This document shows, piece after piece, positions 1 to 8,132 of a stretch of 50,563 bases of DNA. The translations under genes and the position numbers were made by a program. The DNA is from Elusimicrobiales bacterium (lineage in GTDB: Bacteria; Elusimicrobiota; Elusimicrobia; Elusimicrobiales; UBA9959). Position 1 is the stretch's first letter; the number at the start of each line of letters is the position of its first letter. The stretch is taken from assembly GCA_049972095.1 (NCBI GenBank), contig JBMFKQ010000008.1, positions 1 to 50,563 on the forward strand. The letters run 5' to 3'. Below the pieces are notes generated by a model. That model was not told the DNA's origin, did no database searches, and saw only the letters and a list, made by a program, of their open reading frames with translations.

Positions 1-2
1 GT

Positions 3-158
3 GAGGTTCAATATTTAGCCAAAAATAAATTTGGAAGATATTTAGAAGAAGATGAGATTAAAGAGGTTCAAAAGAGAATTCAATGGGGGTTGGAATGCTG
101 GGAGGATGTTGTGCTTTATGCGATTAGCGATGTTATGAATTATAAAGATAATAAATAG
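3..158 (+). CDS. 3' end of a small hypothetical protein (truncated by window edge)
   Basis: Open frame from nt 3: EVQYLAKNKFGRYLEEDEIKEVQKRIQWGLECWEDVVLYAISDVMNYKDNK, TAG at 156-158; below the track length cut-off. Confidence 0.6.
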   Translation, partial: EVQYLAKNKFGRYLEEDEIKEVQKRIQWGLECWEDVVLYAISDVMNYKDNK

Positions 159-166
159 TCCTGCAA

Positions 167-344
167 AAACCTTACGAAAGGTAGACACTGAAAGGAATGT
201 TAGATTTAGAAATTAAAGCTCGCAGAGGAATTTTGGGACTTTTTAGGAGGGGAAAGTTCTTACTTAGAGCTTTTGAATTGTTTTGAAAGAGTAGGAATAG
301 AATTGAGGCCAGAAATAGATGAATATTTTTCAAGATTTAAGTAG
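167..344 (+). pseudogene. C-terminal remnant of a TdeIII/MjaII-like type II restriction endonuclease
   Basis: Reads KPYER*TLKGMLDLE, then after a frameshift near 209-221 KLKLAEEFWDFLGGESSYLELLNCFERVGIELRPEIDEYFSRFK*. Matches my recollection of the RE_TdeIII-family C-terminus, with Trp TGG replaced by TAG at 182-184. No start codon or N-terminal part. Confidence 0.6.
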
Positions 345-374
345 AAAGAGGAGAATTTTACTAATTACAAAAAA

Positions 375-486
375 CGAGCAGCAACGTACAGGAGTTGACA
401 AAAGACTTTGCTACGCTTTGTCAAAATCAAGCCTAACGGCTGAACCTCAGATGTGTTTAGAATAGTACTACATTTTTAGCGGCAAT
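375..486. repeat. degenerate attC-like hairpin element
   Basis: Inverted repeat ttgacaaaag (395-404) / ctttgtcaa (416-424) with a one-base bulge; mini-hairpin agcc-taac-ggct (430-441); 3' end tttagcggcaat resembles a GTTAGCG core with the G mutated; lies between two gene remnants. Confidence 0.4.
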
Positions 487-507
487 GATATTAATCGAGG
501 GAATATT

Positions 508-732
508 ATGGTAGCAGGATATGTTTTATTTTTGTTTATTTATTCTTATCCGTTGTTTATAGTATTGATGCCAGTGGCTTGCCCATTTGAGTTTAAAGAG
601 GTATCATAAGATTATAATATGACACCGATGGAATATTTAATTAAAGAGAAAATAGAAAACAAAGAATTAACACCTCAAAATTCCAAAATGTATGGAGATC
701 TTACAAGATCTGTAAAGGTGTATCTGTTTTAG
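508..732 (+). pseudogene. possible decayed small membrane/secreted protein gene
   Basis: SD-like gaggg, ATG at 508, hydrophobic MVAGYVLFLFIYSYPLFIVLMPVACPF, in-frame TAA at 607-609, then 40 more open codons in the same frame to TAG at 730-732. Confidence 0.35.
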
Positions 733-755
733 GTATAATATTTGATGGGGGGATA

Positions 756-1772
756 ATGGAAGAGGAAGCAAAGAAAAACGATATTAGTCGACAATCTCTT
801 TCTGAGACGAAGATTGTTGGAAAAAAGAAAAAAATTTCATTGCTTTCAATAGCAGTATATACTCTGTGTATTTTATATCTTATAACAGTTGTTGTTTCAG
901 TGAAGATAGTTCTTAAAAAGCCTCAAGTCTCTATTGGTTCTAAAATAACTAAGACTATAATTAGAAGTGTTAAAGGAGAGATTGTAGTTGTGCCTATTTA
1001 TGGTGTAATATATAAAAGATTAACTACATTTTCAAATAGAGGAAGTGATTATGTTGTGAGTGTGCTTAAAAAATATGCCGAGGATAAGGATGTTAAGGCG
1101 TTTGTTCTTGATATAAACTCACCAGGAGGGAGTGTAGGCGCTGTTCAAGAGATATATTCAATGCTTTTAAAGATTAAAGGTAAGTATAAAAAACCTGTTA
1201 TAGCTCATCTTGGAGATGTCGCTGCAAGTGGTGGGTATTACATAGCATGTGCTGCTGATAAGATATATTCAAACAGTGGAAGCCTTACAGGCTCGATAGG
1301 TGTTATGTTTTCAACTATGGAGGGAGAGGAGCTTTTTAAAAAGATAGGAATAAGATCAAACACAATAAAATCTGGAAGGTTTAAAGATATAGGTTCATTT
1401 TCACGCCAGATGACAAAGGAGGAGAAAAGGCTTCTTGAGGATATAATAAATGATACATATTCTGTTTTTGTTGATGTTGTTTCAAAAGGAAGGAAGATGA
1501 GTTATGATAAAGCAAAGGAGCTTAGTGATGGTAGAATATTTACAGGCAATCAGGCATTGTCTAATGGGCTTGTGGATGCAATAGGTGATCTTGATGATGC
1601 TATAAGAGAGGCTGCTATGTTATGCGGACTTGGTGAAGATTTTTCTGTTATAAGGGCACGTGGTGATTTGATAGATGAGATATTTATCGGGATTGATTCT
1701 ATGTTTGGTTTTCTAAAACTCTTTAGTTTTTCAAAAGATATGCCTCTTATTGAATACAGATTTGCCATCTGA
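756..1772 (+). CDS. sppA: signal peptide peptidase SppA (S49, short type)
   Basis: N-terminal TM helix; INSPGGSV, AASGGYYIA, TGSIGV, KSGRFKD and DGRIFTGNQA motifs. Confidence 0.93.
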   Translation: MEEEAKKNDISRQSLSETKIVGKKKKISLLSIAVYTLCILYLITVVVSVKIVLKKPQVSIGSKITKTIIRSVKGEIVVVPIYGVIYKRLTTFSNRGSDYVVSVLKKYAEDKDVKAFVLDINSPGGSVGAVQEIYSMLLKIKGKYKKPVIAHLGDVAASGGYYIACAADKIYSNSGSLTGSIGVMFSTMEGEELFKKIGIRSNTIKSGRFKDIGSFSRQMTKEEKRLLEDIINDTYSVFVDVVSKGRKMSYDKAKELSDGRIFTGNQALSNGLVDAIGDLDDAIREAAMLCGLGEDFSVIRARGDLIDEIFIGIDSMFGFLKLFSFSKDMPLIEYRFAI

Positions 1773-1775
1773 TTT

Positions 1776-2282
1776 ATGGAAGATATAAGAAAAACAAAAT
1801 TTTATCCTATTTTTGGTTTTATGGGATATATTGTAGGTGCAATTAATATCTATCTTTTTTTCCTCTTAACTACAACAGGAAGATTTAGTTGGCTTTTTTA
1901 TTTTGTTTTTTCTCTACTTATAGTTCTTGTAAATCTCCTTATATCATCCCTTACATATATGTATATTGATATTCAGAGGAAAAATCTATCGAGTGGAAGG
2001 GATATATTCCTTTTTTATGGAGAGTCTCTTTATGTATCACTTTTTCTTTTACCTTTAGCATATTTAAAAATCTTAGGATTTATAACTATTGCACAGCTTA
2101 TTTTAACCTTTTTCTTTATAATCATATCTATATGGCTTTATAGAGTGATTTCAATTAAAAAAACCTTTCAGATAGGTTTTATGAATGCTACGATTGCAGC
2201 TTTCTTTCCACATATGTTTTTTATGGCTGTTATTTTTGTTTTAGTCTTTTTTCTAATTCTTGCAACATATGTCTTTCTATAA
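1776..2282 (+). CDS. multi-pass membrane protein (Yip1-like)
   Basis: About five hydrophobic segments; sits between sppA and polX with minimal gaps. Confidence 0.65.
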   Translation: MEDIRKTKFYPIFGFMGYIVGAINIYLFFLLTTTGRFSWLFYFVFSLLIVLVNLLISSLTYMYIDIQRKNLSSGRDIFLFYGESLYVSLFLLPLAYLKILGFITIAQLILTFFFIIISIWLYRVISIKKTFQIGFMNATIAAFFPHMFFMAVIFVLVFFLILATYVFL

Positions 2283-4020
2283 CAACTCAAAAGTATCTGA
2301 TATTCTGAAGAAAATGGCTTTTCTTTGTGAGCTTGAGGCAGAGAATCCTTTCAAGGTAAGAGCATACTATAAAGCAGCAGATGCCATAGATATGCTTGTT
2401 AAAGATCTTTCTGAGATGAGTGATGATGAACTGCTTGAAATAAATGGAATAGGAAAGGGAATGCTTTCTCATATAAGGGATATAATAGCTAAAGGGAGTT
2501 TTGATGAGTATGTTGCTCTTTCAAAAAAATATCCTGCTACAATTTTTGAGCTATCTGAAATTGGAGGTCTTGGTCCAAAAAGAATAAAAATTCTTTACGA
2601 AAAACTTGCTATTGATACCAAAGAAAAGCTTTATAGAGCTGCAAAAAACGGTGATATAGCAAAGCTTGATGGTTTTGGGGAAAAGATAGAGAAAAAAATT
2701 ATTGAGTCAATTGAAAGAAATGAAATAACATCAAAGAGATTTTTGATTTCAAAAGCACAGTTTAATGCCGCAAATATTGTTGATTTTATTAAAAAGCTTG
2801 GCTATAAAAAGGTTGAGTATGCTGGCAGTTTAAGAAGAGGCAAGGAGACAGTTGGGGATATAGATGTAGTTGTTGCAGGTGATCCATCAGCAGCATCAAA
2901 GATTGCTAAGTATCCGGGTGTGTTAAAAGTTGTTGCTGAAGGGCCAACAAAGGTATCTTTTATTCTTTCAGATTCAATGCAGTGTGATGTTAGAATAGTA
3001 AGCGAAGAGTCTTTTGGTGCAGCGCTTTGTTATTTTACAGGTTCGAAAGAGCACAACATAGCTCTTAGAGAAATAGCAGCAGGTAAAGGATATACCCTTA
3101 ATGAATATGGACTTTTTAGAAAGGGAAGTAAAAAACCAATTGCCTCAAGAACAGAGCATGAGATATACAAAGCACTTGGGCTTAGCTATATACCGCCAGA
3201 GCTTAGGGAGAATCAAGGAGAGATTGAGCTTGCTCAAAAGAATATGATCCCAAAGCTTGTTGAGCTGTCTGATATAAAAGGTGAGATACACTGCCATACA
3301 GATATGACAGATGGCAATATGTCTTTAGAGGAGATTGTGGATTATCTTTCTCAAATTTATGAGTGGTTTTTTATAGGTGATCATTCTTATCCTTTGAGGT
3401 TTGTAAAAGGGCTTGATTATAAAGCTTATATAAGCTCAAGAGAAAAGCTCATTTCAATAAGGGATAAATATCCGAAGGTTTCATTTGATAGGTCTATAGA
3501 GCTTGAGATACTGAAAGATGGGAGTCTTGCTTTTGAGGATAGTGAGCTTGAAAATGTTTCGCTTGTTATATCTGCAGCACATACCTTAACCAAGATGAAA
3601 AGAGATGATATGACATCTCGTATGATAAAAGCTATTTCAAATCCTTATTGTGATGTTGTGGCTCATCTTTCTCAAAGACTTATTTTTCAAAGGGATGAGG
3701 TTGATATGGATTATGATCTTGTATTTGAAAAGGCAAAGGAGTTTAATACAATTTTTGAGGTCAATGGTCAGCCTGATAGACTTGATCTTAAAGATGTTAA
3801 TATCAAAAAGGTTAAAGGCATGGGGCTTAAAGTAGTTCTTAGCTCCGATGCTCATTCAAAGGAGCAGTTTTCATATATTGAATATGCTGTTAAGATTGCA
3901 AGAAGAGCCTGGCTTACAAAGGATGATGTGCTTAATACTTATTCATTTAAAGATTTTGTTGAGTTTATAAAGGAAAAAAGGGCTTACAGAAAAAAATTAA
4001 AGTCAAAGACAAATGGCTAA
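2269..4020 (+). CDS. polX: DNA polymerase X family / PHP 3'-5' exonuclease
   Basis: ENPFKVRAY, HhH motifs, AGSLRRGKETVGDIDV, YFTGSKEHN, IPPELRE; PHP motifs HCHT, DHS, SDAH. ATG at 2269 preferred to TTG at 2260. Confidence 0.93.
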   Translation: MSFYNNSKVSDILKKMAFLCELEAENPFKVRAYYKAADAIDMLVKDLSEMSDDELLEINGIGKGMLSHIRDIIAKGSFDEYVALSKKYPATIFELSEIGGLGPKRIKILYEKLAIDTKEKLYRAAKNGDIAKLDGFGEKIEKKIIESIERNEITSKRFLISKAQFNAANIVDFIKKLGYKKVEYAGSLRRGKETVGDIDVVVAGDPSAASKIAKYPGVLKVVAEGPTKVSFILSDSMQCDVRIVSEESFGAALCYFTGSKEHNIALREIAAGKGYTLNEYGLFRKGSKKPIASRTEHEIYKALGLSYIPPELRENQGEIELAQKNMIPKLVELSDIKGEIHCHTDMTDGNMSLEEIVDYLSQIYEWFFIGDHSYPLRFVKGLDYKAYISSREKLISIRDKYPKVSFDRSIELEILKDGSLAFEDSELENVSLVISAAHTLTKMKRDDMTSRMIKAISNPYCDVVAHLSQRLIFQRDEVDMDYDLVFEKAKEFNTIFEVNGQPDRLDLKDVNIKKVKGMGLKVVLSSDAHSKEQFSYIEYAVKIARRAWLTKDDVLNTYSFKDFVEFIKEKRAYRKKLKSKTNG

Positions 4021-4057
4021 TATAATTTTGTTGATTTTTTAATATGCTGGAGGTAAA

Positions 4058-4795
4058 ATGAAAATACCAAAGGTTAAGTTTTTTGAAGGCTATCCTGTTG
4101 TAATGGCTGATAAGGCGAGGGAGATTGATAGAATTGCTGTTATGGATTATGGTATAAAAGAAGATACTCTTATGGAGAATGCAGGCATGAAATCAGCGCT
4201 AGAGATAGAGATTTATGTTTTGGAGAATTTGAAAAAGGATATAAAAGGGCTTTTTGTATCTATTTTATGTGGTAGAGGGAATAATGGCGGTGATGGACTT
4301 GTGTGTGCAAGGTATCTTGCTCAAAAAGGGGCAGGTGTTTATGTTTTTATAGTATCTCCATCTGAGAAGGGCTATAGCAAGCTTGTTGTTGAGAATCTTG
4401 AAAAGGCTAAGAAAGCAGGCGTTAATATTATGATGGTTGATTTTGAAAATCTTAAAGAGGTAGAAGAGAAAATAGTGAATAGTGATATAATTGTTGATGC
4501 ACTTCTTGGAGTTGGAACATCAGGAAGACCTCAAGGTGTTGTTAAAAGGTTGATACAGATTGCAAACAAAAGTAAGAAGGATATAATCTCGCTTGATATT
4601 CCATCAGGACTCCTTCCTGACAGCGGGCATCACACCGGTGTTTTTATAACGGCAAAGATGACGCTTACATTTGGCTTTCCAAAAACAGGATTGATGGCAG
4701 CTCATGCTCAAAAGTATATTGGAAGGCTTAAGGTGATTGATATTGGCTATCCCCCTCAACTTTATGAAAGGGTTAAGAAGGAGATATCCTCTTAA
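4058..4795 (+). CDS. nnrE: NAD(P)H-hydrate epimerase (stand-alone YjeF N-domain)
   Basis: LMENAG, CGRGNNGGDG, IVDALLGVG, SLDIPSGL, DIGYP; SD ggagg. Confidence 0.9.
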   Translation: MKIPKVKFFEGYPVVMADKAREIDRIAVMDYGIKEDTLMENAGMKSALEIEIYVLENLKKDIKGLFVSILCGRGNNGGDGLVCARYLAQKGAGVYVFIVSPSEKGYSKLVVENLEKAKKAGVNIMMVDFENLKEVEEKIVNSDIIVDALLGVGTSGRPQGVVKRLIQIANKSKKDIISLDIPSGLLPDSGHHTGVFITAKMTLTFGFPKTGLMAAHAQKYIGRLKVIDIGYPPQLYERVKKEISS

Positions 4796-4941
4796 TTATC
4801 CTGTCTTGTCATCATTAAATAGTATGTTATTAACTTTGCAGTTGCATTTGTTATATTTTTCCATCTATCCATAGTTTTAGCAGTGTTGGATTGTTTTTTT
4901 AAGTTATTCAACCTGGATATTATCATTTCTTTGAGGCTCAT
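4792..4941 (-). CDS. 49-aa basic small protein (not in track)
   Basis: Minus strand GGAGGAAGGT-ATG then MSLKEMIISRLNNLKKQSNTAKTMDRWKNITNATAKLITYYLMMTRQDN*. The stop overlaps the nnrE stop, and the same SD-ATG string precedes pal. Confidence 0.6.
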   Translation of the reverse strand: MSLKEMIISRLNNLKKQSNTAKTMDRWKNITNATAKLITYYLMMTRQDN

Positions 4942-5068
4942 ACCTTCCTCCACATATATTATATTGGGTCTATGTGTTATTTTAAAGGTCTTAGGTTATA
5001 AATTTTCTTGGGAGAAATGTCCTATTAAAACATAGAGGTCAGGTTATAGAAGATTGATTTTTTGGTTA

Positions 5069-5097
5069 TTGACTACCATTTGGATTAAGTATAAACT
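5069..5097 (+). promoter_or_regulatory. sigma70-type promoter of the minor-pilin operon
   Basis: TTGACT (5069-5074), 17 nt, TAAACT (5092-5097); ATG at 5106. Confidence 0.55.
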
Positions 5098-5105
5098 ATT
5101 AATAT

Positions 5106-7631
5106 ATGTTTAAGAAGGCATTTACCCTTACTGAGCTTATGATAAGTGTGGTGGTGATCTCTGTTGCAATAATTGCTATTGTTGAGGGTTTTAAGTCAAT
5201 AAGCACTGCAATTCAGTTTTCAAAGGATAGGGCCATTGCATCAAATCTTGCTCAAGAAAAGATGCAGATTATAAAGCAGACACTTTATTATAAGGTTATT
5301 CCATCAACATCAGTTTCTTATCTTACAGATTTTACACCACCAATACCTTATGATACCATGTATTTTCCACCTGAAAGCATACTTGAAGCAGGGGTTAGAT
5401 ACACAAGATATGTTTATGTTGTGCCGGTGGTCGAGGTTGGGGGAGATATTATTGAGCTTCCTGCTGATTCACCGGATACTGGAATGAAGAAGATTACAGT
5501 AACTGTAATATGGACAACAAAAGGTACGAAAAAGGCTAAGGTTCAGCTTTCAAGTATATACTCAAACAGAGATACTGTTATGGCTAATTCCTCTGTATAC
5601 GGAAGGGTCAGGGATAGTTTAACTTTTCTTCCCATTTCACAGGCATATGTAAATATAGCAGAGTATATGGGTGCAAGGGCTATAACAGACTCATCGGGAA
5701 ACTATTATATATCTCTTGTTCCTGGCAACTATACTATCTATGTTGATGCAAGGGGATATTTTCCTTATTTTTCACAGATATCCCTTGCGCCAAACCAAAG
5801 CCTAAACTTAGATATCAATCTTAAAAAAATGGACCGGGGTAAGATGACAGGAAATGCCTGGATAAGTGATCATCTTGTGATAAGTCAGGTAGTTGGATCA
5901 ACTCTTTCCCCCTCTGGATTTGATCAAGAATACATTGAAATATATAACCCTACAACATATTCTTGGCTTGTTAATGGAAATATTGGTTTAAGATTTCAAA
6001 GAATATATGATAGTAGTAAAAACGATATTCGCATTGATTATTTAACAAATGAAATTCTTCCTGGTGGTTTTTATCTTTTTGCAAACACAAACCCTGTTAT
6101 TATAAATGGAGTTAGTATAAATGCTGATGCTGTATGGTCAGAGTTTGGAAATCCAACATCTATTTTTCCTTATTTTGATCCACCGCTATCTAAATATAGT
6201 ATAGTACCAGTTTTTGGAGAGGGACCTGATGAGGGGGGTGGAGCTATTGAGCTATATAGGATTTCAGATAATAGGATACTTGATCAGGTCGGTTGGAACA
6301 GAAATGATGGGGCAAGTGGTAAAAAGATTGCTCCATTTTATGAAACCTCACCAATACCCCAGAATATAGGGCTTGAGCGTGGAGAGCAGTATGTAAGATA
6401 CTCATCAACATCATCAGTCAGCTCAAGTTATGGCCCTGCTTATGATTCAAATAATAATTCTGCTGATTTTTATGATTATTCGTCAGGGATAGTCATCCCT
6501 CCAAGAAATTCTCAAAACATACTTCCCCTTGTTTCTGCAACACCGGCTCAAGGGGCTGTTATTAGCTGTTCAGATGGGCTTTCTCTATCAACATTTGCTT
6601 ATCTTGTGGGGGCACCAAGACCATATGCATATTTTGAACTCAATGAGATTGCAACAGGCACATGGTTATGCAGTCTCTCAAGCTCAGTTTATTCTCTTAT
6701 AATAGATTCGCTCACTATAACATCAGGCTCAACAACAACCCTAAACTCTGTTTTTCTTGATAGCACAGTGAGCTGGGGGTATGTGAGTGGTATGGTGACA
6801 GATATATATGGAAATCCAATATCGCCTGCTATAAAAATAGCTGCTGATGATGGAAGCTATACATATGTATCTGGAAAAAGATACATTCTTCAGGTTACAT
6901 CATCTCCAACAACTATTACAGCAAATCCTGATAATCTGAACCCTTCCTATGTTTCTATATCATCGTCAGGAATAAGTTTTATGCCTGGTGAGATAAAAAG
7001 TGGGGTGGATTTTGTATTGTTTCAGGGAGGGAGAATAACAGGTAAGGTTTTAATCTCAGCAAGCACCATACCTATCGCAGGTGTTGGTATTGCAGTTTAT
7101 GATGCCTATGGTGTTGCAAGGGATCAGCAGATCACAAATAACCTTGGTGTTTTTATGACAAATGTTTTAAGCACAGGTATATATGTGGTTGAGCCTGTGG
7201 TGGACTCAAAGGAAACTGTAACACCATCAAGTGCAACTGCAATAATATCTACTGGTGGAAGCAGTATTTTTGTTGCAACCTTTTCAGTGTCAAATGCTAT
7301 GGGTTATATCAAGGGTTCGGTTTCTTTCGACTCAAAACCTATTAAAACAGGTGCTCTTATAGCTGTAACTACTATGACACTTTCAGGAACTCCACCACAG
7401 ATACCTACCTTAAGCACACAAACACTTAGTTCTGGTGCAATATATTTTGCTACATCTGATGAAGAAGGAAATTATACAGTTGAGGTAAGGCACTCAACAA
7501 ATCCTGCTTATAATGTGTATTCTTATTATCCTCATTTGGTTGACTCTTCCTTTACTATCTACTGGTCAGTGAAAACTGGAGTTAGGGTATTTGCCGGACA
7601 AACCACATCGGGGGTGAATTTCTCATGGTGA
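5106..7631 (+). CDS. giant prepilin-type protein with carboxypeptidase-regulatory-like repeats and a lamin-tail-like domain
   Basis: Class III signal KKA|FTLTELMISVVVIS; beta-sandwich repeats (VYGRVRD...TDSSGNYYISLVPGNYT; GYVSGMVTD; GRITGKV; GYIKGSV); LTD-like HLVISQV...EYIEIYNPT...PGGFYLF...ILDQVGW. Confidence 0.8.
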   Translation: MFKKAFTLTELMISVVVISVAIIAIVEGFKSISTAIQFSKDRAIASNLAQEKMQIIKQTLYYKVIPSTSVSYLTDFTPPIPYDTMYFPPESILEAGVRYTRYVYVVPVVEVGGDIIELPADSPDTGMKKITVTVIWTTKGTKKAKVQLSSIYSNRDTVMANSSVYGRVRDSLTFLPISQAYVNIAEYMGARAITDSSGNYYISLVPGNYTIYVDARGYFPYFSQISLAPNQSLNLDINLKKMDRGKMTGNAWISDHLVISQVVGSTLSPSGFDQEYIEIYNPTTYSWLVNGNIGLRFQRIYDSSKNDIRIDYLTNEILPGGFYLFANTNPVIINGVSINADAVWSEFGNPTSIFPYFDPPLSKYSIVPVFGEGPDEGGGAIELYRISDNRILDQVGWNRNDGASGKKIAPFYETSPIPQNIGLERGEQYVRYSSTSSVSSSYGPAYDSNNNSADFYDYSSGIVIPPRNSQNILPLVSATPAQGAVISCSDGLSLSTFAYLVGAPRPYAYFELNEIATGTWLCSLSSSVYSLIIDSLTITSGSTTTLNSVFLDSTVSWGYVSGMVTDIYGNPISPAIKIAADDGSYTYVSGKRYILQVTSSPTTITANPDNLNPSYVSISSSGISFMPGEIKSGVDFVLFQGGRITGKVLISASTIPIAGVGIAVYDAYGVARDQQITNNLGVFMTNVLSTGIYVVEPVVDSKETVTPSSATAIISTGGSSIFVATFSVSNAMGYIKGSVSFDSKPIKTGALIAVTTMTLSGTPPQIPTLSTQTLSSGAIYFATSDEEGNYTVEVRHSTNPAYNVYSYYPHLVDSSFTIYWSVKTGVRVFAGQTTSGVNFSW

Positions 7632-8122
7632 TAATAAGAAGAGCATTTACACTGATAGAGCTTATGGCCAGTGTTGTCATAGTTTCAATACTTGTAGGTG
7701 TTGCTATTCCTGTTATAAGGTCGATGAATGAGAATATTATGATGTCAAAAACAAGACTTTCTCTCCAACAAGATGCAAGAAATATTATGGCTATGTTAAA
7801 TCGTTTTTTGAGAGAGGCGAAAGCCTCTTCACTAATTATAACAAGGTATGACTCATCTCAGCCTTTCTGCTCTTATATAAGGTTTACAACTATTGACTCA
7901 AAAACATATGAATTCTATCAAGATGGGAAAAATTTTATGCTTAAACAAGGAAATATGCAGAAGGTTCTAAGTCAGGATCTAAGGTATCTTTCATTTACAT
8001 TTCCTGATTCAAGCAATATGTATATAGTTTCTGTATCAATGACATTTGAAAAGGATCTTTTTGGAGGCAGGAAAAAAGCGATACATGTTGCTTCTGAAAA
8101 GATAAGAGTTATGAATGATTAA
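7625..8122 (+). CDS. prepilin-type (PilW-like) minor pilin
   Basis: RRA|FTLIELMASVVIVSILVG class III signal; overlaps both neighbours. Confidence 0.8.
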   Translation: MVIIRRAFTLIELMASVVIVSILVGVAIPVIRSMNENIMMSKTRLSLQQDARNIMAMLNRFLREAKASSLIITRYDSSQPFCSYIRFTTIDSKTYEFYQDGKNFMLKQGNMQKVLSQDLRYLSFTFPDSSNMYIVSVSMTFEKDLFGGRKKAIHVASEKIRVMND

Positions 8123-8132
8123 AGGGATTTTT

